Origin: Rebecca billardiae RCC1528
Lineage: Eukaryota > Protista > Haptophyta
Reading direction: 5' to 3'
NCBI GenBank assembly: GCA_965240325.2
Contig: OZ251225.1
Coordinates: forward strand, 2,418,001-2,482,000
DNA length: 64,000 nt
Under the pieces are notes generated by a model. That model was not told the origin of the DNA, ran no database searches, and saw nothing but the letters and a program-made list of their open reading frames with translations. Within the stretch, counting starts at the first letter, position 1; each line of letters starts with the position of its first letter. Shown here in pieces: positions 1 to 11,525 of this stretch. A program made the translations under genes and the position numbers.

Positions 1-2126
1 ACCGGCACGAGCGCGCGGTGGAGGCGGTCGGGCTGATCGACGGCTTCGCCCACGACGACCTCGACGAGCTGACGGGCGAGGCGGACTCGGAGCACAAGGC
101 GCGGCGCGAGGCGCACTTCCCCGCCACGCTCGTGCGGCGCGCGGCGTCGTTCGCCATCGGCGAGGCCAAGGCGAGCGAGCCCTCGGACGAGCGCGCGATC
201 AAGGAGGCGGTGGGCGGCTCGGAGCCCAAGGTGAATGCCACGCTGCGCGCGCGCTTTGGCTGCGGCACGCTGCCGCGCCTGCTCGGCGCGGGCGCGGACG
301 CGGACGACTCCGGCGGCGGCGACGGCGCGGACACGCTCTCGAGCGTGTGCGCCGCGCTGAAGGAGTCGGAGCTGCGCAAGCTCGCCGTGTACTGCGACGA
401 GCCGTCGGCGCGCGCCGTGCGCCAGCTCGGCAGCGCGCTGCCCAGCCGGCTCGAGGAGCTGCGCGCCGAGCGCATCGGGCGCTCCGCGCTCGCGCCCGCG
501 GCGGCCCTCGTCCGCGACGGCGTGCTGCTGCACCTCGAGCTGCGCAGGTGCGGCCTCACGAGCTCGGACGCGCAGCTGCTCCGCGCCGCGCTCAGCAACG
601 CGCGCGCGCGGCTGCTCACGCTCGACCTGTGGGAGAACGAGCTGGGCGACGGCGGCGCGGCGGCGCTGGGCGCGGGCCTGCGCGAGGCGGGCGCGGCGTC
701 GACGCTCACGGCGATCGATCTCGGCGGCAACGACATCCACGCCGACGGGATGGCCGCGCTCGCCGACAGCGCGCACGGCAGCCGAGCGCTGCGCACGCTC
801 TCCCTCCGCTTCAACGACGGCGGCGACCGCGGCGCGCTCGCGATCAGCGCGCTGCTGCGCGCCTCGCGCAGCCTGCGCACGGTGAACCTCGAGGGCAACG
901 GCGTCGGCGCGGCCGGCATGCGCGCGCTCGGCGCCGCGCTGTGCGCGAGTGAGTCGCTCTCGACGCTCAAGCTGACGGTGAACAACGTGGGCGACGGCGG
1001 CGCGGCCGAGCTCGCGGCCGGGCTCAAGGCGAGCCGCACGCTCGGCGCGCTCCACCTGGACGACGGCAGCGTGGGCGCGGGGGGCGCGGCCGCGCTCGCC
1101 GACGGGCTGCGCACCAACAGCAGCCTGAGCCACCTCTCCCTCGTGAACAACCGGCTGGGAGACGGCGGTGTCCTGGCCATCGGCGAGTGCCTCGGCGTGA
1201 ACGGCGCGCTGCGCTTCCTCGACCTGCGCGGGTGCGCGGCGAGCAGCGCAGCCGCTGCCGCGCTCGCCGACGGCCTGCGCGCGAACAGCGCGCTCACCGA
1301 GCTCTCGCTTGCGGAGAACCGCCTCGCGGACCCGGGCTGCAAGACGCTTGCCGCCGGGCTCGGCGCCAACCGCGCGCTGCGCGCGCTCGACATGCGCGCC
1401 AACAAGCTGGGCGACGACGCTGCCGACGCGCTCGGCGAGGCGCTGGCCCTCAACGGCTGCCTGACCGCTCTCGTCCTCGAGCACAACTCGATCGGCGACG
1501 CTGGCCTGGCCGCGCTCGCTCGGGGCCTTCGCGAGAACTCGGCGCTGCGCAGCCTCAACCTGCGCGGCAACCTGGTCGCGGACGACGGCGCCGTCGCACT
1601 GGGCAGCAGCCTTGCGCACAACCGCGCGCTCGAAGGGCTCACGCTGCGCTCGAACCGCGTCGCGGACGCCGGCGCGACCGCTCTCGGCGAAGCGCTCCGC
1701 GTCAACCAGACGCTGCAGGCGCTCGTCCTGCAGCACAACAAGATCGGCGTGGCCGGCGCGCTCGCGCTCGCGCGGGGCGTTGAGGCCAACGAGGCGCTGA
1801 CGACACTCGACCTGGGGTGCGCACGCTGCGCCGCGCGTCGCAGCATGCGGCTGGCGCGCCCTGCGCCGTCCGAGCGCGCGCGGAGCCCACCCGCTTGCAG
1901 CCTGCCGCTCCCATGGCTCGTAATGACCTTCCGCTCGCATGCTCACCCACACGCTCACCCACTCCCACGCGCGCCCCTGCGCATCATCGCGTACTGCACA
2001 TGTCTATGACGACATGTCGTACATGCATACAGGGCAAACCACGACTTGGATGGGTCTGCTGCAGAGGCGCCCCTTCGCACTGCCTGGATGAGCCGACGCC
2101 GTCAGCCGGCAAATCTGACACTCTGA
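1..2126 (+). CDS. RI-like leucine-rich-repeat protein (NLRC3-like LRR array), 5' end outside window; exons <1-1816, 2033-2126
   Basis: About 15 repeats of 28 aa, LxxLxLxxNxIGDxGAxALAxAL. Frame is open from nt 3. GT..AG intron 1817-2032 restores LDLGAN and ends at TGA 2124-2126. Confidence 0.85.
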
Positions 2127-2476
2127 TCAGAATCTGCGCGCGCGCGATCACCGGGCCGCGCGGACCGTGACTGGTGGGATCATCATATCAGATATACATA
2201 CATACATACATACATCATCTACATATATCAGATATATATGTGTGTGTGACGTTATAATATATATATAGCGGAGCTATATAACCGAGGGTGAATCCGGCGG
2301 CAATAACATTATGCTGATTTATTAACATAGGTGACTTGCCGCTGGTGGTCAACGGAGCTCTCTCCCTCCAACGTACTGCCGTACAAGATCCTGCAGGTCC
2401 TTTCTGCTGATGCTGATCTGGTATAATCCAAATAAAAGTGCTCGCTCATTTTTGATACCAGCTCCCAACATCATCA

Positions 2477-2680
2477 TATCTTCGTCAGTGCTCAGTATAT
2501 CGAGTACTATATATTATATTATTATATAATAATATAATATAATAATATATATAATACAAGAAGTATTATTTAATAAACTATCTTCGTCAGTGCTCAGTAT
2601 ATCGAGTACTATATATTATTATATTATATAATAGTATAATATAATATATATATATAATACAAGAAGTATTATTTAATACA
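2477..2680. repeat. AT-rich tandem duplication, 2 x ~102 bp
   Basis: TATCTTCGTCAGTGCTCAGTATATCGAGTACTATATATT...AAGAAGTATTATTTAATA starts at both 2477 and 2579. Confidence 0.9.
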
Positions 2681-2943
2681 CTACTTATTAAATAAATAAT
2701 TAAATATTATTTTTTTAATAAATCATCATCAGCGTATATTATATATATATATATCATATTATTATTATCGTCGTCTGTCTAGAGCTCGCCGGTACCCGCA
2801 CGGCGCCCGCGGCTGCTGCGGCCGTGCCGGCTGGCGCCAATAGGCAATATGCCGCACTCGTGACTCGGTCGGACGGGTGAACAGACCGACTACTACCGAC
2901 GCGCGATAGGCAGCTACTGCCTACTGGTGGCCAGCGCTCATCG

Positions 2944-5900
2944 TCATGACAGATGCGAGGCTTCCACTTCGGACAGTGACGGTGCGTCGCGGGCGGCAGC
3001 GAGTGGGGCCCCTGCGTGTGCAGCCGCGGCGGGCGGCGGCGGGGTCTCGCTCGCCGCGCGCGCGCGGGGGCGCACGTGCGCCGACCATGGCGGCGCCTCG
3101 GCGTCCACGCCGCCCCGCGCGATCTCGGAATCGCACTCGCGATCGACGGTCTCGTGCGACGCGCAGTCGCTCTTCGGCGCCTCGCGCAGGTCAGCATGGT
3201 CCTGGTGGCGGCGCAGCCGGGGCGAGGCGGAGCAGAGGGCATGCGCGAGTGAGAGCCGCAGGGCGCGGGCGGTGTCGTTGCACGCGCGCTCGCGGAGCCG
3301 GCGCGGCGCGTGCACGCGGCGCGCGCGCACCGAGGCGATGATGGACTTCGCCACGCAGCCGTCGTACATGTTGCGCGGCGTCGTCGCCCACGACGGGCTC
3401 GCGACGCGCCGCACGCGCTCCGGGCTCATCCCGTCGGAGCCGCGCGACTTGTACGGCTCGGGCTCTCCGAACGAGTGCTGCAGGCGCGCGAGCGGCACCT
3501 GCGCGTGCGGCGGCAGCGGCTGCTGCGCGTGCTGCTGCAGCGGGGGCGGCTGGGTGTGCGCGTGCGGCGCGTGCGGCGCGTGCGGCGCGTGCGGCGCGTG
3601 CTGCGGCTGGAGCGGCTGCGGCGGCTGCGGCTGCATCGGCGCGGCCGGCTGGTGCTGGGCTTGCAGCGGCTGCGAGGGCGGCGGGTGCAGCGGCGCGTGG
3701 CGCGGCGGCGGCGGCGGCGGCAGCGACATCGAGCTCGGCGTGCGCTGCGCGAGCGGCGGCGGCGTGTGCGCGAGCAGGCTGCCCGCGAGCGTGGGCGATC
3801 GGCCCGAGCCAGGCGGCCCCTGCAGCCGCCTGCGCGGCGCGGCAGATTGCATCTCGCCGTCCGCGTCCCGCTCGAGGTGGTGGCCGTTGGCGCGCTTGCG
3901 CGGCTGCGCGGCGCCGTCGGCGGCGGGCCACGCGTGCGCGCCGATGCCCGCCGCGCCGCCGCCCGCCGCCGCGTGGCCCTCGTCCTCCGAGGTGGGCGGC
4001 GGGCGCGCCCAGCGCGGCAGCGTGCCCACCGGTTTGTTGAACGCGCCGCCCGCCGAGCCGGCCGTGCGGCGCACGGGCACCCCGTTGGCGACGCCGTGGA
4101 CGGGGCGCGGCCACGCGACGGGCACCGCGTGCGACGCGCCCGCGGACGGCGCGCCCAGCGCGCACGTCGGCGCGTGGGCAGCATGCCCGACGACCGTACC
4201 CGCGAGCGGGCGGCGCTCGCGCGCCGCGTCCGTGAGGAGCACGCTCGTCGCGCACGCGGGGAGGGCGGGCACGCCCATCGGCACGCGCACGGGCTGCGGC
4301 GGCGGCGCCTCCATCCGCAGCGTCGCCGGCTGCGCGCCGCCGAGCGCGCGCGCGTCGCGCGCGCCGCCGCGGCCGCCGCCGCCGCTCGAGGCGCCGCCGG
4401 TCGGCGAGCGCGCGAGCCGCGCGTACGCGCCGTGGGTGGTGCCGTCGCTCGTCGGCGTCGCCGGCGCGATCGGGGCGGCCGCGCAGGCGGGCAGCGGCCG
4501 GATGAGCGAGAGCGAGTGCAGCCGCTCCGCGTCGTCCGCCGTCGAGAGCGGCAGCGACGGCGTGGGCGTGGGCGGCGCGCGCATCTCGTCGTCTTCGCCG
4601 TCGAGCTGCCGCCCGTCGACGCTGCCCACGTCCGCGTCGACGAGCCGGCCGTCGACGCTGCCGACGTCCATGTCGGTGCCCATGTCGAGGTCGGTGCCCG
4701 CCTCCGCCTCGTCGTCGCCCGCCGCGTCGGGCTGCGCGCGCCTCGCCCGCCCCGCCGAACCGCGCAGGCTGCACTCGGCCTCCTCCGCGTCGTGCCGCCG
4801 CAGCTCGTCCGAGAGCCGACCGCCGTCGTGCGCGCCCCGCAGCCCGACGGCCTGCGAGGCCTCCTCCTCGGCGGCCTCGCTCGCGGCGGCGGACTCGAGC
4901 GCGCTGCCCCACGGCGGCGGCCCGTCCCGGATCAGCCCGGGCGTGGCCGACGGGTCGGCGCAGCTCTCGAACATCTTGACGTCGTGGTCGAAGCCGGAGA
5001 CGGCAATCAGCGGCAGGTCGGCGTGCGGCGCGACGCAGTTCACCACGGCGCCGTCCGCTTTGAGCATGTGCGCGAGGCGGCCGGCGCGCGTGCGCCAGAT
5101 GAAGAGGCGGCCGCAGTCCGAGCCCGCGCCCACGTAGTCCGAGCCGAAGAGGAAGCGCACCTGCTTCAGGATGCTCTTCGCGTTGCGCGCGCCCGCGTAG
5201 CGCTGCGCGGGCTGCACGCACGCCGCCTCCGGCCACGCGCCGCCCGGCCCCGCCGCCTCGCTGCCGCCCGCGCAGTCGGCGCCGCCGATGGGCTGCGGCG
5301 CGTACTGGCTCGTGTCGAAGAGGTAGACGTCGTCGTTGCGGTAGCACGCGGCGATCAGCCCGTCCTCGCTCCAGTCCACGCCGCTCGCGCCGCCCACCCG
5401 CCCGTCCGCGACGCGGCGCGCGTGTGCCGACAGGTGCTCGGGCGCGTACCACTCGAGCGCGCGCGCCGTGCAGCGCAGGTCGAACACGCGGACGAAGGGG
5501 TCGGGGTCGGCGCCGACGGCGAAGAGGTTGGGCGAGCCGGGCTTGAACACCACGCTCGTCGTCGACGTGCGCTGCCCGAGGTCGACCACCGCGGGCGCGC
5601 GCGACGACGTCGGCGGCGCGCGCAGGTCGATCAGGCACACCTTGCCGTCCTCGTGCGTCGTCACGAGCACGTCCGCGGCGCCCGGCCTGTAGGCGAGCTT
5701 GAAGACCATCACGCCGCCGAACTCGGCGACGACGCGGGACGTCTGGCGCACGAGGTCGTGCTCGCGCACCTCGCCGTCGCCGCCGCACGTGACCACGCGG
5801 GCGCCGGCCGACTCGGGCACCAGCCCGGCGCCAAAGATGGTGTGCATGTGCCCCGTGCTGTACGACGCGCGGAGCGAGGCCCCCCACATCGACCACAGCT

Positions 5901-6180
5901 TGATGTGCAGGTCGGCGCTGCCGCTGACGAGCAGCCCGCTGTCCGCGCCGGTGCCCCACGAGACCGTGTGCACGCAGCCCGCGTGCTCGCGCAGGCGGCG
6001 CACGCACATCAGCCGCCCGACAAAGTCGGGCTCGGCCGCGACGTTTGCGCGGCCCGCTTCTCGCAGGAGCAGGCGCTCCGCCATCGACAGCGCGGGCGCG
6101 GCGCGCCACGTCGCATGGCTGCTCAGCCGCGTCGACGGCTCCGGTAGCGACCCCCCCAGGTAGATGGAAGTGGCGGCCAT
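2944..6180 (-). CDS. WD40-repeat protein, DCAF8/WDTC1-like (CUL4-DDB1 substrate receptor family), with long low-complexity P/Q/H/A C-terminus
   Basis: Motifs HAGCVHTVSW, SGSADLHIKLW, TGHMHTIF, GAGSDCGRLFIW and VVNCVAPH..LPLIAVSGFDHDVKMF. Probable in-frame intron 3202-3330. Confidence 0.8.
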   Translation of the reverse strand: MAATSIYLGGSLPEPSTRLSSHATWRAAPALSMAERLLLREAGRANVAAEPDFVGRLMCVRRLREHAGCVHTVSWGTGADSGLLVSGSADLHIKLWSMWGASLRASYSTGHMHTIFGAGLVPESAGARVVTCGGDGEVREHDLVRQTSRVVAEFGGVMVFKLAYRPGAADVLVTTHEDGKVCLIDLRAPPTSSRAPAVVDLGQRTSTTSVVFKPGSPNLFAVGADPDPFVRVFDLRCTARALEWYAPEHLSAHARRVADGRVGGASGVDWSEDGLIAACYRNDDVYLFDTSQYAPQPIGGADCAGGSEAAGPGGAWPEAACVQPAQRYAGARNAKSILKQVRFLFGSDYVGAGSDCGRLFIWRTRAGRLAHMLKADGAVVNCVAPHADLPLIAVSGFDHDVKMFESCADPSATPGLIRDGPPPWGSALESAAASEAAEEEASQAVGLRGAHDGGRLSDELRRHDAEEAECSLRGSAGRARRAQPDAAGDDEAEAGTDLDMGTDMDVGSVDGRLVDADVGSVDGRQLDGEDDEMRAPPTPTPSLPLSTADDAERLHSLSLIRPLPACAAAPIAPATPTSDGTTHGAYARLARSPTGGASSGGGGRGGARDARALGGAQPATLRMEAPPPQPVRVPMGVPALPACATSVLLTDAARERRPLAGTVVGHAAHAPTCALGAPSAGASHAVPVAWPRPVHGVANGVPVRRTAGSAGGAFNKPVGTLPRWARPPPTSEDEGHAAAGGGAAGIGAHAWPAADGAAQPRKRANGHHLERDADGEMQSAAPRRRLQGPPGSGRSPTLAGSLLAHTPPPLAQRTPSSMSLPPPPPPRHAPLHPPPSQPLQAQHQPAAPMQPQPPQPLQPQHAPHAPHAPHAPHAHTQPPPLQQHAQQPLPPHAQVPLARLQHSFGEPEPYKSRGSDGMSPERVRRVASPSWATTPRNMYDGCVAKSIIASVRARRVHAPRRLRERACNDTARALRLSLAHALCSASPRLRRHQDHADLREAPKSDCASHETVDRECDSEIARGGVDAEAPPWSAHVRPRARAASETPPPPAAAAHAGAPLAAARDAPSLSEVEASHLS

Positions 6181-6434
6181 GTCCCCCCCGCGGGCAGGAG
6201 GGGCTACGCCGCCGTGCCAGCCAAGCCGCGGAGAAGAGCAGCTTGCGAGCGGCTCTTGAGATCAGCTCACAACCGGACGGCTTCTCATGTTCGGCCGAGT
6301 TCTCTACTGGTCTACCCCCATAGTGGTCTCTACCCGCATTGCTCCAGAAGTAAAATCCGGCCCCCCCCCCGGATTGTCGGTCGCGGCGGCAAGACGTCGC
6401 GTGGGCACGCACGGCAAGCGCAGTGATCACCAGC

Positions 6435-7211
6435 ATGGTTGCATCGGCAGACGTCGCGGGCGCACTCGTCCATGACGCGTACGAGGCGAACGCGCTCGTG
6501 CGCGCGGTGCACGCGGCGGCGGACCAAATTGTAGGGCTTCTTCCGCCGCTCCTGATCGCCGCCGTCGTGCTGTATCCGCACCTGGACGCGCTTGTGCAGC
6601 AGCGTGGGCGCGTGGACGGCGAGGGCGCGCCGCCTGACGAGCCACTCGTGCGTGTGCTGCGAGTCGCCTGGCTGTACATCGGGCACCTGCGGTACGAGCT
6701 GCCCAACCTCTTTGCAGATACGTTCGGCCAGGTCTTCCGCTTCTTCCCGCAAGGCTTCTACGAGGAGGTGCACCCGTACACGCGCGAGGCGCGCGAGGCG
6801 CGCAACGACGCGCTGCTCCTCAGGTTACAACGGATGAAGAGCGAGGCAGACAAGCTGCGCGTCGAAGAGATTCACCCCGAGGTCCTCAGGCGCCTGATCG
6901 CACAGATCGAGCGATGGCAGTGGCGCCGATCGCGGCTGAGCTTCATCGACAATCTGCTCACGTCCGATGAGGGCCGCAAGGCCAAGCGGCGGTTTGCCTT
7001 CCTCGCGCGGACCGCGCGTGAGAAGCTCGAGGTGCGGCTGGCTGAGGCGGAGGAGTACTGGGGGGGCGATGCAGGCGATGCCGTGGGCGCAGCGGGTGGT
7101 GACTCCGACGATTCGCCAGCGCGCAAGCCGCGGCCGACCCGGCCGCCGAAGGCGCCAAAGATCAGCCGGCCGTCTCGGCTGCAGCGGCCAACCAAAGCCA
7201 AGAGCGTGTGA
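6435..7211 (+). CDS. hypothetical protein (~258 aa) with one N-terminal hydrophobic segment
   Basis: Single ORF with GC3-biased codons and protein-like composition, divergent from the WD40 gene. Confidence 0.65.
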   Translation: MVASADVAGALVHDAYEANALVRAVHAAADQIVGLLPPLLIAAVVLYPHLDALVQQRGRVDGEGAPPDEPLVRVLRVAWLYIGHLRYELPNLFADTFGQVFRFFPQGFYEEVHPYTREAREARNDALLLRLQRMKSEADKLRVEEIHPEVLRRLIAQIERWQWRRSRLSFIDNLLTSDEGRKAKRRFAFLARTAREKLEVRLAEAEEYWGGDAGDAVGAAGGDSDDSPARKPRPTRPPKAPKISRPSRLQRPTKAKSV

Positions 7212-7535
7212 CGCCGCAGAGTCAGAGACACGCGGCTGCCGCCACGGGATTGCTCAGCGGCGTATGCGTCAGATCGGAGGCTGCCGTGCGATGTTCGGAC
7301 ACAATCATGTGCGGACACAGTGTGGGCGTGCATCTGTGGCTGCTGCCACGTGGACGCCAGGGGGTCACCTTAGGTCCTTGACCTTAGGAGGCCCCGGCTC
7401 TGATGAGTCTGATGAGGGTCCCGCCCGGCCCTGGCTGATTGTCATCAGATCGTCAGCGGATCGACGACCAAAAATACTGCGCGCTGATCATGATCATGAG
7501 CCGCGCTCGTCTGGTCGCCTGGACCGTTGCGAGCG

Positions 7536-8195
7536 ATGAAGGGCGTTCGTCCTCTTCCAGCCTGCGTGCTGCTCGCGGTAGCCGCGTCGGTGCCGGGGGT
7601 GTCGGCGGAATGGTGGTGGCCATTCTCAGGCTCATCGTCATCCGATGGCTCCGCAAAGTCCAGCCATCCGCCGCAGCCACAGCCGCACCCGCAGCCCCGG
7701 CCACAACCGCGGCCGCAGGCGGCGCGGCCCGATCTCTCGCGCCCTCCAACGTACACGACAACCACAGCGTCGCCAGATGTGCCTGCGCCGACGCCGAGCG
7801 CACCGACGCCCGAGCCTTCATTGGACTCCCAGTCTCGCAGCCAGCCCGCCCTGATGGCCCTTCCATGCACGAACGGTGATGATCGGTCCCTGTGGGGTGC
7901 GATGAACCACTCACTCCCCAACACGCTCGGCTACTGCGGGAAGAGGTGCAAGGACGAAGAGGCCTGTGTGACCAGCTGCATGAAGCGCGTGGTCACATAC
8001 ACAGACGCGTGCGCGGATTGCTTCGGTAAGCTCGGGCACTGTGTGCGAACGAATTGCGTCCGCTCGCGGAAGCGGTGCGTGCTGTGCACGTGTTCAACGT
8101 TGCCGTCGAAGGGCGACTGCGTCAACCAGTTCTTCCGCTGCTCTGGGCTCTCCATCGCAGGCACTCCTTTTGCTCCCAAGCTGGATGGTCACTGA
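7536..8195 (+). CDS. secreted Pro-rich + Cys-rich protein
   Basis: Signal peptide MKGVRPLPACVLLAVAASVPGVSA, a PQ/PT linker, then a Cys-rich domain with CxxxC/CxxC spacing. Confidence 0.7.
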   Translation: MKGVRPLPACVLLAVAASVPGVSAEWWWPFSGSSSSDGSAKSSHPPQPQPHPQPRPQPRPQAARPDLSRPPTYTTTTASPDVPAPTPSAPTPEPSLDSQSRSQPALMALPCTNGDDRSLWGAMNHSLPNTLGYCGKRCKDEEACVTSCMKRVVTYTDACADCFGKLGHCVRTNCVRSRKRCVLCTCSTLPSKGDCVNQFFRCSGLSIAGTPFAPKLDGH

Positions 8196-10845
8196 GACTG
8201 CAGCTGATCGCGGCGCCGACCACGGACCGGCTCGCGTCGGGGCGGCAGCCCAACTACTCACCTCGTGACCCTCGGCACGGGCTGACTGACACGCGGTTCG
8301 TCACACAGCAGCGGATGATGGAGGCTCCGCGGAGTCGTCCGGAGCTTGATCTTTCAGCAGCCGGGAGCCACTCGCGCCTTGCGGCATATGCCATGGCAAC
8401 GCGCAAGGCCCCGCACGGTGTCCCGACATCCGAGAAGTCGTCACGCCGCCCGGGGCGGCCGTCAACGTCGCCGGGGCCGCGGCGTCAGGCCAGCGTTGGC
8501 CGCCGACAATCGAAAGGTGACCGCTCTCGGCTCTGCGGGGCAGGACTTTATTACGGCTGTCTCATCCGTCTGAGCGCCATCGCCCATCATCCATCGGCGT
8601 TGTCATCCGTCGACGACAGGCTACGCGGTGCGTCGTCCCGCCGGCGCCCGCCGCCGCCAGTTCCGCGCGCTCACACCGCAGAGTCAGACACACGGCGCCC
8701 CGGATGAGGATCCGACGAACTTACTTGTTATAATGATGTATATATATATATATAGTAGTTATTATTATTAATTACTACCGCTAAGCCTGCCTCGGTGCCT
8801 GTGGCGAGTGATCTGTGATGGGCGACTACTATATGACCGGAATCGGTAACGAGCAGGGGGGCGGGTGGAACTGGAACGGTCGGATTCGGTTACATGCGAC
8901 GCCCGAGGCTCCGGCTCCGGTCCAGGGCCAGGCGGTCCACGACCCCCCTGGCAGCTCCGTTAAGCTAGCTACGACTCAGTACGTCCGTTGGCCCCGGCAG
9001 CCGAAGGCGAAGTTACAACTCCCGTGAGCCGGGCCGAAGCGCGGGTCTGACCGCATGCAGCACAGTGAGCTAGAGAGCCTGCTCCCTTCCGACCCCCGAT
9101 TGATATGACGCCGTTAGCGAGATAAGACTGTTATAATAATATTATATTAATTAGGCGCATCCGACCACCTCCCAACGATATGAATTCAGACTCTATTTTA
9201 CTATGCAATTACCCGTCCCTGACTCAGATTTCAGCACATGCAGTCAGGGAGCGTTCCGGACACCTGTATACAGTATGGGAAAATGGTAGTTACCCGGACG
9301 ACAGTTGGGTATCATTATTTTATTATAGAAAATAGAACGTCTAGGAACCTATTGGAGGTACACGTGATGATGCTGGCTGATTATCCATGATTAGTTACTG
9401 GCCGTGAAGTATCGTCCAAGGGACCATCAGAGGCGGCGATCCCGCCGATTGTGACAGCGTCAAGATGTAACGCTCCAGTGACCAGACTGGGGGTGTCAGA
9501 CCGAAGCCGGAGCCGCCACAAAGTGACTCTGATGCAGTGGCCAGCAGTGACGGACTTACACACGACTGATGCGGCCCGCGAGCCCGCCGAGGTCGATTAC
9601 TCACTCACTGTAAGTCGGCCTCGGAGCGGCCCGCGCCGGGGGTCGCCACGGTGAGTCAGAGTGAGAGTCGGACGCCACGCCCACGGGCACGGCTAGTCCG
9701 ACTAGCTTTCGCTATCCGAATCTGGCGATCAGGCCTTAGCAAGCTGCAATACTCCGCCAATAGCAGGCGAAGGTGCGTGATGAGTGTCAGAGTATTCTGG
9801 CACTGATGCACTACGAGCTGATTGTACACGCTCATCTACCCGCACGGACAAGCTCACAGCCATTGAGGGCGCTGCAGAACGGTCCGGACAACCAGAGTCC
9901 GAAGCTCAGTGGAGTCTCGGAAGGTTGGCCCCGGAGTGATCGGTTTCAGCGCGCGCCCGTTGGTTGCGACGTATTGACATGTGAACGGTGGCCGCGGTCA
10001 CGGATGGAGCGTCGTCGTCTCAGCGGGGTCGATCCAGGCGGACTGCAGCCCACACGTGCTGTATCGAGTGCAATCGTATCTGTCCTGCTCTAACAATGAG
10101 TCTGACTCTGCGCGCCTGGCCGCCTGGCCCTGGATCCTTGCTTCCTGACACTCCTGTGTCGGCCGAGCCCGCGCCGGGTCGGCCGCGGCACTCGCCGGGC
10201 GCCCGCACTCTATCTCGGACGGATCACGCGCCGGCTGTCGGAGCGCATCTGAGCTACCCGAGTTAACGGAGTAGACCGAGCAGCTAGCAAGGCTGAGTCC
10301 GCGCGTCGTCAATCTAATATCCGCATGTCAGATCACTGGATATATATATACTGGAATCTTTCTGTCCGTGTCCGCATAGCTACCGTTCCCCGAACAGTCG
10401 TGAGTCTCAGCCCGCAGTGACGGCAGCTGAGCTGAGCTGCCCGCAGGCAGGCCGCAGCGCCAGCCAGCAGCACGTCAGTGCGTGCCCGAGCCAGCCCCAG
10501 CGGCTGCTCCGTCGCCGTGCTCGCAGCATGGAACAAACCTCTCCCTCTCCTTGATCTCTCTGGGGATTTACTGCGAATTTCCCTATTTGGTGTGGCTGAC
10601 ACCGGCTCGTTGCACACGCTTGCCAGCGCTCGTAACGCGGCGCGGCAGGCCGCTTACACAGTGACCAGGTAGACATGACGCGACCGCAATGCGGGCCGTG
10701 CGTGCACCACGTCCACTGCCCGCGCGCATCCGCTGCATCGCCGTCACGTCCTGGTCACGTCATGCAAAAAACTCATCGCGAAACCGTTCAAGGGTGGTGG
10801 TTGGTTGGGGGCTGGCCAGGGTACAGGTGGATACGGGCTAACTAC

Positions 10846-11100
10846 TGGGACACAGGGGCTATCTGGACACTCAGCGGGCGGCGGGCCTCGTGGCGAGGGC
10901 TCGTGGGCGAACGAGCACGAGCGCCCACTGGCGGGTCGCCACGACGGCGCACGATGTTCGCTGAACTCACCTGGTCGTGAGACGTCGTCTGCGCACGCGC
11001 CAGGTCGCGCTTCTCGCCGCCTTCGCCTTGTTTCGTGAGTCCCGCGCACAAGGGCGAACGCCAGCGTTTCAAGCCGCAAGGCGCGTGCGCGGACTCAGGA
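10846..11100 (+). repeat. dispersed repeat, copy A (~255 bp)
   Basis: Aligns by eye with 46081-46352, e.g. shared GACGTCGTCTGCGCACGCGCCAGGTCGCGCT. Confidence 0.9.
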
Positions 11101-11525
11101 AGGGCGGACTCCGAGGCAAGGCGCGGTTGCGCTGGCGTGGGTAGGTCCCAGAGCAACCGTCCGAGCCGCTGCACACGCTTTTCCTCCGCGCGCGCGTCTC
11201 TGAGCTCGATTCCCATGCCTCAGCCAGTGCCAGGGGCTAATTGGACAGTGCCATTGCGGCCGCCACGCGCGGAGACGGGCCCGCAGCGCAGAAAGCGCGC
11301 TGCGGCGGAACTCCAGGGACCCCCTGAAGTCCGTCCCTGGCGCCCCTTCGACCCCAATGCTCCCAGGGAGGCCTCCGCGTGAGTTGGGTCGGCCACTGTC
11401 CAGATCACCCGTATCCACCTGTAGGGCTGGAGGCTTCGGCCGCCAGTCTGATCACCCGGAGCCCGTTATAAAGGGGAATTTTAAAAAAAGCATTGTCTCA
11501 GCGAGATTGTAGATATGGGGGTAGA

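Noticed and set aside
2927-6706. Long overlapping ORFs (2927-5137 +, 3310-6147 +, 3191-6706 -) and similar antisense/alternate-frame ORFs throughout
   Set aside because: Arg/Ala/Gly/Pro-rich shadow frames expected from very high GC and GC3 bias. Only one frame per locus has recognisable motifs.
8200-10800. Numerous short ORFs in the long spacer
   Set aside because: No recognisable motifs or codon bias. The sequence looks like decayed intergenic DNA.
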